Part shown: in pieces, positions 30,378-40,142 of the stretch
How positions within the stretch are numbered: the stretch's first letter is position 1
Layout of the letters: every line of letters starts with the position of its first letter
Source: an uncultured delta proteobacterium
GTDB taxonomy: Bacteria; Desulfobacterota; Binatia; UBA9968
Assembly (NCBI GenBank): GCA_963771465.1
Contig: CAVYTU010000011.1
Location: 96,001-160,000, forward strand
Reading direction: 5' to 3'
DNA length: 64,000 nt
Position numbers and translations under genes: made by a program
Notes under the pieces: generated by a model
The model's input: only the letters and a program-made list of their open reading frames with translations
Database searches by the model: none
Told to the model about the DNA's origin: nothing

Positions 30378-31415
30378 CTACCGAGGTGGCAACGGTCCCG
30401 CTCCGATCAGTTTCTTGAAGATCTCGATAACGTCGGGATCACGGGGAATGTCTCTTATCGCCCGCTCGTTGTCTTCGGGCAAGAGCGGCGTTGCGTCCTC
30501 GCCGGTTAGCTTCTTATACTCGCGGGCGAATTCCGGGTCCTTAAAAGTTTTACGAAAGGCTTCTTGAAGAATCGCGACGCGATCCTTCGGCGTGCCCGGC
30601 GGCAGCACGTTGGGCGTGCCGCTAAGTCTAAACGAGCGCGCCAAGATGACCAGCTTGCGCTCCCTGTCCGATTTGGCGAAACTTTCTAGCTCGGGTAAAT
30701 GGGCGAACTGCGGATGCTTGTCTCCCTTGGGAGCTTCGATGATGGCATGAAAGTCGACTAGGCCTTTTTCAATCCAGTCGCGGTTGCGCAGGACGACAGC
30801 GTCAGCGGAGCTCGATCGGGCATCGATCTCGCCGCGCATCAAGGCGATGTCCAACTCCGGGCCGCTGTAGCTGGCAATGAACTTGGGATCGTTCAAGCCG
30901 ATTATATAGGCGAACAGGCGGCCTTCATTATAGTTAACGAACCCCACCGATTGGGCGCCGACCCTGACTCCAGTCGTGGCGCGAAGTTTTTCAATGCTGC
31001 TGAAACCGGCTTCTTTGCGGGTTACGAACAGGCCATGATACTGGCTGTACGGCGAGCCCATGTAGGAAAATTTGCTGTAGTCGTAAAGAATCCCCGAATC
31101 GCCCAGTACTGCTGAGGAAATCATGGCGACGCCTGGATTAGCCAGAGTCAGACCATCCGGGCGTGCGGAGTTATAAATATGATTGGCCGCCTTGCGCCCG
31201 CCACCACCCGGCATGTACTCGCTCACTAGCGTTGGGTTGCCGGGAATGTATCTTTGCAGAAACGGAAACAAAGCCCGGACGCGCAGGTCACCCGTACCGC
31301 CGGGGTCGCGGCCTTGGATGATCGTGATGGTCTTGCCCTGATAGAATAGGCTCTGGGCAGACGCGGCGGTCAACGAGAATAAAATGTAAGTGACGAGAAC
31401 AAACGTCTTTAGCAT
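30378..31415 (-). CDS. TctC/Bug-like TTT receptor
   Basis: GGAGG RBS, MLKTFVLVTY, FYQGKT, GPLPPR. Confidence 0.88.
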   Translation of the reverse strand: MLKTFVLVTYILFSLTAASAQSLFYQGKTITIIQGRDPGGTGDLRVRALFPFLQRYIPGNPTLVSEYMPGGGGRKAANHIYNSARPDGLTLANPGVAMISSAVLGDSGILYDYSKFSYMGSPYSQYHGLFVTRKEAGFSSIEKLRATTGVRVGAQSVGFVNYNEGRLFAYIIGLNDPKFIASYSGPELDIALMRGEIDARSSSADAVVLRNRDWIEKGLVDFHAIIEAPKGDKHPQFAHLPELESFAKSDRERKLVILARSFRLSGTPNVLPPGTPKDRVAILQEAFRKTFKDPEFAREYKKLTGEDATPLLPEDNERAIRDIPRDPDVIEIFKKLIGAGPLPPR

Positions 31416-31432
31416 GTTCCCTCCTTCGGCGC

Positions 31433-31510
31433 GTTCAAACCGTTCAATCCCCGCATGGTGGGCTTGTCGTACCATACGTTCCGTTCAAAACGTTTAGAAC
31501 GGCTTGAACG
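31433..31510. repeat. GTTCAA element interrupted by a second REP-like motif (catggtgggcttgtcgtaccat)
   Basis: Direct reading of the spacer. Confidence 0.75.
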
Positions 31511-31519
31511 CTGCTCGGC

Positions 31520-32587
31520 TTAGCGTGGCGGCAGCGGGTCTGCGCCGGAAACTTTTCTTAGCATGTCTTGCACCTCAACATCCCTCGGCATTTCCCGCAC
31601 GATCTTAGCCAAGTCGGCGGCGTTGAGAGGCGAAGGATCATCGTCCACCAATTTGCGAAAATACTTCGGGAACTCGGGATCGTTGAAGGTCTTGCGCATC
31701 GCCTCTTCGAGTATGGCGACGCGTTCCTTCGGCGTTCCCGGCGGCGCGACGTAAGGCGAGCCAACGCCACGAAAAGCGCGCCAAAGCCCAAGCAGTTTGC
31801 GCTCCCGTTCGTTCTTCACGAAGCTCTCGATTTCCGGCAAGTGGGCGAGTCGAGGATGTTTGAGCCCTCTGGGAATTTCCATGATCGCATGAAAGTTCAT
31901 TATCTTCTTTTCGAACCACTCGGGATTTCGCCGCAGGACGGATATTGCCGCATTGGCGCGCGCGTCGAGTTCGCGGTTCATTAGCGCGACATCGACTTCT
32001 GTCGAGGTGTAGCCGACGATGAACTTGGGCTCCTTCATGTCGAGAAAATAAGCGAATAGCCGTCCGGCGACGTAGGAAGTATGGCCGACGGTTTGGCCGC
32101 CAATACGGATACCTGGCTTCGCTCTCAACTTTTCCAGGCTGTCGAGTCCGAGTTCGCCCCGCGTATAGATGATCGCGTGGTTCTCATGCTCTGGCGTGCC
32201 GAGATAGATGAACTTATCGACGTCGTAGTTGACACCTTGCTCACGCATGATGCCCAAGGCCACGAATGCGCCGCCGGCGCCGCCGATGGTGAGACCGTCG
32301 GGACGGGCTGTATGAAACATGTGATTTGCCCCTTTGCGACCGCCGCCACCGTCCATGTACTCAATGACGACGGTGGGATTTCCCGGAATATGTTTTTTCA
32401 GAAAGGGAATCATCGCTTTTACTCGAAGGTCCCCGCTTCCGCCCGCTGCAGTGAACGCGATGAGCGTGACGGTTTTGCCCTCATAGAAATTGGCTTGGGA
32501 GTATGCCCGAGTCGACAGCAGCCCGAGCGCTGTAGTCGCGACGAGAAGAATAGCTACTGGAGAGAAAATGAGTTTGTTATACTTCAT
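31520..32587 (-). CDS. TctC/Bug-like TTT receptor
   Basis: FYEGKTV, HIPGNP, RPDGLTIG, DPLPPR. Confidence 0.88.
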   Translation of the reverse strand: MKYNKLIFSPVAILLVATTALGLLSTRAYSQANFYEGKTVTLIAFTAAGGSGDLRVKAMIPFLKKHIPGNPTVVIEYMDGGGGRKGANHMFHTARPDGLTIGGAGGAFVALGIMREQGVNYDVDKFIYLGTPEHENHAIIYTRGELGLDSLEKLRAKPGIRIGGQTVGHTSYVAGRLFAYFLDMKEPKFIVGYTSTEVDVALMNRELDARANAAISVLRRNPEWFEKKIMNFHAIMEIPRGLKHPRLAHLPEIESFVKNERERKLLGLWRAFRGVGSPYVAPPGTPKERVAILEEAMRKTFNDPEFPKYFRKLVDDDPSPLNAADLAKIVREMPRDVEVQDMLRKVSGADPLPPR

Positions 32588-32637
32588 AATCAACCTCCTT
32601 CAGTGCGTTCTTTTCGGCCCTGTATGGCGACGAAGAG

Positions 32638-32710
32638 AGTTTAGAACGTTCCAGCCGTTCAATCGCTACGCGCCGGTCAAAAGGATTTGAACCGCTTGAA
32701 CGTTTTGAAC
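32638..32710. repeat. GTTCAA 9-mer palindromic element
   Basis: gttccagccgttcaatcgctacgcgccggtcaaaagg...ttgaaccgcttgaacgttttgaac. Confidence 0.8.
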
Positions 32711-32721
32711 CTTCTTCATAT

Positions 32722-33792
32722 TTACCGCGGCGGCAGCTTCTTCGGGCCCGCGATTATTTTAAACAGCTCGATCGCCTCCGGATCGCGCGGGACTTCTTTG
32801 ATCGCCTTCTCGTGATTTTCCGGTAGCAACGGCGACGGACTGTCGCCGGATAGTTTGAGATAATATTTAGCGAACTCGGGGTCCAGATAGGTCTTGCGGA
32901 AAGCCTCCTTCAAAATATCGACGCGATCCTTCGGTGTTCCTGGGGGTAGCACGAAGGGAGTGCCGGTGACGCGAAAGCCCCGCTGCAGAGCGAGCATCTT
33001 ACGCTCGCGGTCGTTTTTGGCGAAGGTCTCGATCTCGGGAAGTTTGGCGAAGGTTGGATGGGGATGCTTGTCGCCTCTGGGTGTTTCCATAATCGCATGA
33101 ATGTTCACCAAACCCTTGTCGAGCCAATCGCGGTTGCGCTGCACGATGGTATCGGGGCCAGTGGCGCGGCCGTCGATCTCGCCGCGCATCATCGCCGGAT
33201 CGAGCTCGGCGCCGCCGAAGGCGGCGATAAACAGGGCCTCCTTTAGCCCAAGCATATAGACGAAAAGACGCCCCTCGTTATACGTGGAAAAGCCAATGGA
33301 CTGGCCGCCGATTTTGACTCCGGTGGCGGCGCGCAGCTTGTCGAGGGTATCGAAGCCGGCGTCTTTGCGGGTGACAAACACCGAATGGTAACTGCTATAC
33401 GGCGAGCCCAGGTAATGGAACTTGTCGATATCGTATAAGACGCCGGACTCTCCGAGTATGGCAAGGGAAACCATGCCCGAGCTCAGATTGCCGATGGTCA
33501 ATCCGTCGGGGCGAGAGGAGCGATAAACCTGATTGGCCGCCTTGCGGCTGCCGCCGCCGGGCACGAACTCCATGATGATGGTCGGATTGCCGGGAATATA
33601 TTTTTGCAGAAATGGCACCAGCGCTCGCACGCGCAGATCTCCGGTGCCGCCGGGATCGCGGCCTTGAACGATCGTGATCGTCTTGCCTTGAAAAAATGAC
33701 GCCTGGGAATAAGCCACAACCGGCGTTAGCGCCAGGACGAGCGATAGAGCTGAAAACCAACCAACGGTTAGGGTATTTTTGTCACCTTTCAC
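32722..33792 (-). CDS. TctC/Bug-like TTT receptor
   Basis: FFQGKTI, YIPGNP, RPDGLTIG, KLPPR. Confidence 0.88.
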   Translation of the reverse strand: MKGDKNTLTVGWFSALSLVLALTPVVAYSQASFFQGKTITIVQGRDPGGTGDLRVRALVPFLQKYIPGNPTIIMEFVPGGGSRKAANQVYRSSRPDGLTIGNLSSGMVSLAILGESGVLYDIDKFHYLGSPYSSYHSVFVTRKDAGFDTLDKLRAATGVKIGGQSIGFSTYNEGRLFVYMLGLKEALFIAAFGGAELDPAMMRGEIDGRATGPDTIVQRNRDWLDKGLVNIHAIMETPRGDKHPHPTFAKLPEIETFAKNDRERKMLALQRGFRVTGTPFVLPPGTPKDRVDILKEAFRKTYLDPEFAKYYLKLSGDSPSPLLPENHEKAIKEVPRDPEAIELFKIIAGPKKLPPR

Positions 33793-33986
33793 GGATCCAC
33801 CTCGCTTTCACGGTCGCTGTTGATAATTTATTCCAGGCATCAATTGCAAGCCTCGCCCAGCGTGACGATCAGCGCGGCAGCATCAGACGGAACAATTTTT
33901 GTTGTCCATGCATGTCCATTCGGTTATCACTTTGACGCACTGGGAAGCGATTTCATTTATCCGGGTTCGCATCTCCGCCAGCCGTA

Positions 33987-35024
33987 TCAGTTTCCTAAGA
34001 CCTTCTTCAATCGATCGGTGATCTCGGCGGGTTGACCGACGACTTCTTTTGCCAGTCGTTCCAATTCTTCGCCGCCCACCGGGTCGAACTCATAGTTGCG
34101 CTTTTTCACCTCGGCACGGAACTGCTCGTCGGCCATGGTCTTGGCGAAGCCGTCGCGCAGAGTCTTCAAGCGATCGGCCGGCATGCCGGGCGGGCCGAAC
34201 ATGGGCCGGCCCATGTCGTCGGCGCCGAGCAAGACCGTAGCGAGACGCCGTCCGGCATCCGCCGTTTTGTAACGATCCATCAATTCAAAAATGGTCGGCG
34301 TATTCGGCAGACGCGCGTCGCGCTTGCTGCCGCTCTGAAACAGGTGATGGGCGAAGCCGTTCTTGCGCCAGGTGTGATAGGGCTCTCGGCCGAAAAATGC
34401 TTCGATGGTAAATGCGCGGCAATGGATCTCACCGCGTTCGACGGCAAGGTCGATATCGGTGCCGCCGGGATAGCCGGTGACAATTTGGAATTTCGCGCCG
34501 ACTGTTTCTTGCAGAAGTTTCGGGAAATAGGAATCCGGGCCGGTGACGCCGGTGGCGCCGCATTTCGGCGCTTCTTTGGCCGTGCGCACATCCTCGATGG
34601 TTTTGTAAGGCGTGTCGCTGCGCATGTACATCTGGCTACTGCCGCGCGCCGGCGAGCCGATCCAAGAAAACTTCGCCCAATCGAACTGGATCTCGGATCG
34701 GCCGACCAATTGATTTAAGTAGAGCGATGGGATCACCGAGCCGATTATAGTCAGACCATCGGGTTTGGCGACCGTGTAGAGATGATTCACCGCCACCACG
34801 TGGCCCGCGCCGGGCATATTTTGCACGATGAAACTGGGATTACCCGGAATATGCCGGCCCATGTGATCGACAATCAGCCGCGCCCAGAAGTCATAGAGAT
34901 TTCCCGGCGGCGTACCGACGATGACGCGGATGGTTTTGCCTTGGTAGAAAGGTGTCTGGGCCTGGGCCGTGACGGTGAATCCTAAGAGAAAGCTACAGAA
35001 AACCAGCCGGAATAACCGTATCAT
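33987..35024 (-). CDS. TctC/Bug-like TTT receptor (two-Cys subgroup)
   Basis: VQNMPGAG, KPDGLT, PKCGATG, ERGEIHCR. Confidence 0.88.
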   Translation of the reverse strand: MIRLFRLVFCSFLLGFTVTAQAQTPFYQGKTIRVIVGTPPGNLYDFWARLIVDHMGRHIPGNPSFIVQNMPGAGHVVAVNHLYTVAKPDGLTIIGSVIPSLYLNQLVGRSEIQFDWAKFSWIGSPARGSSQMYMRSDTPYKTIEDVRTAKEAPKCGATGVTGPDSYFPKLLQETVGAKFQIVTGYPGGTDIDLAVERGEIHCRAFTIEAFFGREPYHTWRKNGFAHHLFQSGSKRDARLPNTPTIFELMDRYKTADAGRRLATVLLGADDMGRPMFGPPGMPADRLKTLRDGFAKTMADEQFRAEVKKRNYEFDPVGGEELERLAKEVVGQPAEITDRLKKVLGN

Positions 35025-35233
35025 GGCGCACCTCCCGAGACTTGAGCGTTGCGCCGGATACTGTACTAAAAAATTGGCGTAAAGCTAGAGGGATTTTTAG
35101 CGCCACTCGATTTCAGCTTTAACGACGGGAGCCCGTGGCACTCCGTATCTGGATTTCGGTTTATTTACCCCATTGGCCGCGGGAGCAAGATATAGTTCGA
35201 AAAAGCTCTTTGCCCAGGAGTTGAACTGCCCAG

Positions 35234-36358
35234 CTATTTCTTCGCCACCAGCGACTCCAACCAAGGCCGGAACTCGTTGATCTTGTCTTTGTGTTCTTCC
35301 AAGCCGGTGAAAAGATACTCCCTTTTGGCGTCGAGGACGTAGAAGGGGTTGATGATGCCGTCCTTAAGAATGTCGACTCTCAGTGAATTTTCCCGGGTCA
35401 ATTTTTGAAACTGGTTCTGACCGTCGCGACTTAGAATCCAGTTCAGAAAAACTTTGGCGGCGTTGGCGTTCGGCGATGATGCGAGCCACGACGCCGGGTC
35501 GGTGCCGGCGCCGACGGCGGCGATGCCTTCGAAATGGATCGGCACGACGGGCAAGCCTTTGGCGGCTAAGTCATCACAGTCGACGCCGCCGATGGCGATC
35601 GAGAATTTACCGCCGGCGATCCAGTCGGCGATCTGCGGCAAATTCCTAGAGATGGTGACATCCATCTCGCCGTAGAGGCGCTTTAAATATTCGGGCCCCA
35701 AGTCTTTGCGGAAATAGACCGTGTACATCTGATTGCGCGCGCTGCCGATGCGCAAATCCTGGGAAACGATTTTGCTTTTCCACTTGGGTTGCAATAGATC
35801 CCAGTAGCTTTTCAGTTCACTCGATTTGACGAGATTCGTATTGATGCACGCCGCCGTGTAAGGCACGGCGCGCCACAGGGCGACGAATTTGTCTTCGTTG
35901 TCGGCGAACCAGAGTTTGCCTTTGAACCAGCCATTCCCGTCGAGCACTTCAGCAAGCATCAGTGCCGGACGGATCGGTTGGAGCAGACCTTTGTCTTTGA
36001 GCGTGCCGAGCAGGATGTCGGTGCCGCCCAAGACGAGGTCGGCTTGGCGCATGCCGGCGCGCTGCTCGGCCATGATGCGAGAGATAATTTCGCTGATCCG
36101 GCCCGGCGTATAATTTACTTTGATCTTTGGAAAGGCTTGCTGAAAAACCTCGGTGTAGAGTTTTTGCTGGTCGGCGCCGGGCGGACCGTAGATGACGAGC
36201 TTAGCTTCCTTCTCGGCGGCGCGTTGGGTTGCTTCCCAATCGGCTTTCCAATTCGCTGGTGCTTGCCCAGCGAAGAGAACAGGGCGGGCGTGAAGCGTGA
36301 AGAGTACAAAGCATAATAACAATCCGCGTTCGACGAATCGTGATCCTCGATCTTCCAT
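35234..36358 (-). CDS. ABC extracellular solute-binding protein (Fe3+/AfuA-like)
   Basis: AAEKEAKLVIYG, SYWDLLQPKWK, NAAKVFLNWILSRDGQ. Confidence 0.85.
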   Translation of the reverse strand: MEDRGSRFVERGLLLCFVLFTLHARPVLFAGQAPANWKADWEATQRAAEKEAKLVIYGPPGADQQKLYTEVFQQAFPKIKVNYTPGRISEIISRIMAEQRAGMRQADLVLGGTDILLGTLKDKGLLQPIRPALMLAEVLDGNGWFKGKLWFADNEDKFVALWRAVPYTAACINTNLVKSSELKSYWDLLQPKWKSKIVSQDLRIGSARNQMYTVYFRKDLGPEYLKRLYGEMDVTISRNLPQIADWIAGGKFSIAIGGVDCDDLAAKGLPVVPIHFEGIAAVGAGTDPASWLASSPNANAAKVFLNWILSRDGQNQFQKLTRENSLRVDILKDGIINPFYVLDAKREYLFTGLEEHKDKINEFRPWLESLVAKK

Positions 36359-36389
36359 CCTCGATTCCTCGACCAGCAGTCGTCCGGAT

Positions 36390-37581
36390 TTAGATTCTCA
36401 CGACGCGCGGCCGGTGCTCGACCATCTCACCTTTGTTGACCAACCGGCCCGAGCCGACGACATCGAAGTGGAGCATTTCGGTGTCCTTGAGATCGCGAAG
36501 AATGCCCGGCGGATCATCGCCGCGCAGGACGGCTTGGATCGCCGCCATCCAGAGCTTGCGCACCTGAATGACACCGCGATCGGAGTAGCCGAGATGTTCG
36601 GCGGCGCGGTCGGCGATGCGGCCTTGGCCGATCTGCGCGGCGGCGTCTTGGCCATTCACCGTGGTCATGTCGAACTGCACACGGGTGCCGCGCATAAGCG
36701 GGGGCGGCCGCGGCGAATTTCGTTTGGGCCGAACAGTGGACTGGCCATCTTTGAATGGAAAAAATTTTAGAATGAACGATTGCGTACTAAAGTCGTCCAC
36801 CGGCACGCGCCACGCCACATCGGCGAAATAACCGTTCGGGTCGTCTGGGCTTGAGCCGCCGTCATGGATGACCAACACGGGCGGCGTGTAAGAAACCTCG
36901 CGATGCCATTCCTTGCCGGCCACCGGGCCTTGGCGCCGGGCGACATAGCTGGCGAATAAGTCGTCGGCGATAACTTCGAACTCCGGCGTCTCGGCGCGTT
37001 CGGGGTTTTCTCTGGCGCCGTTGACTTCGCGGCCGTGCAGAATGGTTGCGTGCACCGGATCGAGACAGTTGTCGAGCTGATTCATGAAGTTACACTCGCG
37101 CACATAGCCGTCGTAGGTGCGCTCGCCGTCTTGGCGAATTAGAAAGTCGTAGCGCGGAAACGGCGGCGGTTCGCCTGACCCCATGTAAGCGAAGATGACG
37201 CCGCCCACTTCACGGGTGGGATAGGCTTTGAGCAGAATTTTTGCCTTAAAATTGCTGTCGGCCGGTTCACCCGGCTGCTCGATGCAGCGGCCGTTCACAT
37301 CGAACACCCAGCCATGATAGCAGCAGCGGATGCCGCCGGCTTCGACCCAGCCATATTCAAGTGAAGTGCCGCGATGGGGACAAGTCGGTTCGGTCAAACC
37401 GACACGGCCAAACTCGTCGCGGAAGAGCAGTAAGTCTTCGGCCAAACGGCGGACGATTTTCGGTTCGTCGGAGTTGATCTCGGTCGGAAAAACTGACGGG
37501 TAGCCAATATCTTCGCAAAGTTTCGCCAGCCGGTGTGCCCGGGCCGACGCGGGTCATCATTTCGTTTTCTTTTTGGTCCAT
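36390..37581 (-). CDS. Rieske non-heme iron oxygenase alpha subunit (phthalate/vanillate-type); frameshift near 37487
   Basis: TRVGPGTPAG..LRRYW, CPHRG...CCYHGW, DPVHATILH, EHLGYSD; removing one T from a T run joins the two frames. Confidence 0.88.
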
Positions 37582-37749
37582 CGCGGTTTCTCAGGAGCAA
37601 CGAGAAGATGTAACGGTTATCGTCGAATAGCAATTGTCATGAAACGAAGTCGTTTACGCAAATCATTGTCAAAACCGCAAAGGCTGGCGTCGTTTGCCCT
37701 CGGCGCAATACGTGAGATCCAAGATCGTTCAATGCATTGGCGCGCGCTC

Positions 37750-39456
37750 TTATTGGGTGACGGGATGCTGCATTTGATAGCGACTGTTGCGCAGCACGCG
37801 GCCCGGCGTGGCGCCAGTGTGCTTGCCATCCTCGATCAACACTTCGCCGTTGACGACGGTTAAGTGCACGCCATCCGCGAGCGCGCACACGCGCCAGCCG
37901 TTGTTCGGCAGATCATGCACAACTTCTGGTTTGCGCGGTTGCACCTTGTCGGGGTCAAAGACAACCAGGTCAGCGGCCATTCCCGGCTGCAACAGGCCGC
38001 GGTCGTAAATGCCGAAGGCGGTCGCAGAGTCAAAAGTGAGCCGGCGCACGGCCTGCTCCAGCGGCATGATGCCGCGCTCGCGCACCCAGTATCCCAGCAT
38101 GCGCGTGCTGTAGCCGACTTGACAGTGAAACTGCACATGGGCGCCGCCGTCGGAGAGACCGACGACCGTATACGGGCTGGTCAGAAACTCAGTCATCGCC
38201 TGCCGGTCGGTATTGTTCTGGCCGAGCGTGAACAACGTGTTCAACTCCTCCTCCACGACCAGATCCAAAAAGACGTCCAACGGATCCCTTCTCTGAGCGG
38301 CGGCAATTTCCGCTATGCTCTGGTTCTTTAGTCCCTGATTACGGGCCAAAAACGGCTCTTCCACCAACAGCAGATCCCAGCGTTTGGCCCAGCGCGAATC
38401 CGGCCCCAATGGCGCGTCGATTTCCGCGCGCAGCTTGCCGCGCAGCGTCGGATCGCCGTAGGCGCGGATCTTCTCTTCATCCGGCGAATTCATGATTTCC
38501 AACCAGGTGGGCAGCTGGCGAAACGTCTGGCAGTTTTTCATGGTAAAATGTCCGACCACACTGTTCGGGCTGCAGAGCGGCACCGCGCGATTGCCCTGCC
38601 GGCAACTTTCCTCGACGAAATCCAAGTGCTGTTTCCAGCGCATCGGCGCGCGCGCGTTCTCTGCGAGCGCATTGTAGATAACCCGCCGGCCGCTGGCCGC
38701 GGATAGCCGGCTCATGAGCCGATCTTTTAGCTCCGGCGTCGTGCCGCCGCCGCTCTGAATTACTCCGGTACCAAATTCGCCGAGCGTCTCGGCCAAGGCA
38801 AACAGTTCCGATTCCGGGGCGAAAGACGCCGGAATGAGAGTTCCTCGCACGTCAAAATGGCTCATGTTGCGCGACAACGATAATCCTAGAGCGCCGCCCT
38901 CCACTCCCTGGCGGATCACGTTGCGCATGAGGTCAAGTTCGCCTTCGGTTGCCGCTCTTTCCTGGCTCGCTTCCCCCATGGCGTAAAGCCGTATCGCCGT
39001 ATGCCCCATTAACGCGCCGACGTTGACGCCGAGCTTGCGGTCGAGCGCGTCCATGTATTGCGGGAAGGTCTCCCAGTTCCACGGCACTCCAGCCTGCAGC
39101 ACATCCATGGGGATCGCTTCCACCTGGGATAACATGCTGATGAGCTTCTCGTGATCACGGTTCCGCACCGGTGCCACGGCGAGAGAGCAATTGCCGATAA
39201 TCACACTAGTCGCGCCGTGATAGCATGAGAACGTGCACAGCGGATCCCAGGTCACCTGCGCGTCGTAGTGACAGTGGTTGTCGATAAATCCCGGCGCGAT
39301 CACCTTGCCGTCCGCGTCGATCGTGCGCTCGGCAGCACCGCTTAGCCGGCCCATTTCCGCTATTTTCCCCCGAGTGACGGCCACATCACCGCGGTATGAG
39401 GGCATCCCAGAACCGTCGACGATACGGCAATTCTTAATCAACAAATCGTAAGCCAT
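37750..39456 (-). CDS. N-acyl-D-amino-acid deacylase family amidohydrolase
   Basis: APGFIDNHCHYD, GNC, SDGGAH, DRGLLQPGMAADLVVFD. Confidence 0.9.
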   Translation of the reverse strand: MAYDLLIKNCRIVDGSGMPSYRGDVAVTRGKIAEMGRLSGAAERTIDADGKVIAPGFIDNHCHYDAQVTWDPLCTFSCYHGATSVIIGNCSLAVAPVRNRDHEKLISMLSQVEAIPMDVLQAGVPWNWETFPQYMDALDRKLGVNVGALMGHTAIRLYAMGEASQERAATEGELDLMRNVIRQGVEGGALGLSLSRNMSHFDVRGTLIPASFAPESELFALAETLGEFGTGVIQSGGGTTPELKDRLMSRLSAASGRRVIYNALAENARAPMRWKQHLDFVEESCRQGNRAVPLCSPNSVVGHFTMKNCQTFRQLPTWLEIMNSPDEEKIRAYGDPTLRGKLRAEIDAPLGPDSRWAKRWDLLLVEEPFLARNQGLKNQSIAEIAAAQRRDPLDVFLDLVVEEELNTLFTLGQNNTDRQAMTEFLTSPYTVVGLSDGGAHVQFHCQVGYSTRMLGYWVRERGIMPLEQAVRRLTFDSATAFGIYDRGLLQPGMAADLVVFDPDKVQPRKPEVVHDLPNNGWRVCALADGVHLTVVNGEVLIEDGKHTGATPGRVLRNSRYQMQHPVTQ

Positions 39457-39694
39457 GAGTTTCCTCCTAACTTAATTTCCAATGATTGGCCGACTATAGG
39501 ACTCGCTCACAATGCTGTCAATTGACTCAAACCTTGTGATCACGCCAAACTGATAGCTTAATCTTTCGAATCTGATAGATCAGCAGCGAAGATTTTGCGA
39601 TCGAGGATGCGATCTCGGAGTAAGAAGCCTGTGAAAAGTTTAGCGGCGAAAACCAAAAATGCTGGGTTCAGCGGAATCCGGACGAAGCGATCGG

Positions 39695-39750
39695 CGTGCT
39701 CGTTTCGTGCTCGTCGGTGAGCATTCACGAGCACGAACCGCGAACACGAT
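39695..39750. repeat. Hexamer repeat palindrome (TCGTGC / GCACGA)
   Basis: gtgctcgtttcgtgctcgtcg facing cacgagcacgaaccgcgaacacgat; related run at 56255-56292. Confidence 0.6.
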
Positions 39751-39754
39751 AGTG

Positions 39755-40045
39755 TCACTTAACCACGTGCGGCAAGAAATGCCCGCCGTCGCTTTTGGCC
39801 GTTTGATATTTGCCGGTTAGCTCGCGCATGGAATTGTACGTCGGCGTGCCGCGAATCTGTGTGTGTGCTTCGACGCTGTCCCAGTCCACCATCAGGATCA
39901 CACGGCTTGGATCTTCGATACTGGCAAAAAACTTGATGCCATGGGAGCCGGGATAATTAGCTTTGGCGAGAAACTCGCCAAACACTTTGATGTACTCGTC
40001 GCGTTTATCCGCCTGCACATGTTGAACGACGATTTCCTGGATCAT
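39755..40045 (-). CDS. Antibiotic biosynthesis monooxygenase (ABM) family protein
   Basis: 96 aa, SIEDPSRVILMVDWDSVEAH. Confidence 0.8.
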   Translation of the reverse strand: MIQEIVVQHVQADKRDEYIKVFGEFLAKANYPGSHGIKFFASIEDPSRVILMVDWDSVEAHTQIRGTPTYNSMRELTGKYQTAKSDGGHFLPHVVK

Positions 40046-40070
40046 TGATCACCCCTTGTGTCACTAACGG

Positions 40071-40119
40071 AAATGCCCCGCGTCCTTCCTGTGCGAGTGA
40101 AGAAGGGCGCGGGGCATTT
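40071..40119. terminator. Strong inverted repeat downstream of the cupin gene
   Basis: AAATGCCCCGCGTCCTTC...GAAGGGCGCGGGGCATTT. Confidence 0.65.
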
Positions 40120-40142
40120 ATTCGTGATAGGCAAAAACGCGC

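Noticed and set aside
23535-32710. GTTCAA/TTGAAC repeats as a CRISPR array
   Set aside because: The units are degenerate, have a 9-bp period and are separated by whole genes. There is no repeat-spacer periodicity and no cas gene.
432-37581. Frameshifts in the SBP, hydantoinase B and A, tctA, tctB and Rieske genes read as programmed frameshifting or true pseudogenisation
   Set aside because: They are mostly single-base indels, often in homopolymers, in otherwise intact genes of unrelated function. Sequencing or assembly error is more parsimonious; reads are needed to decide.
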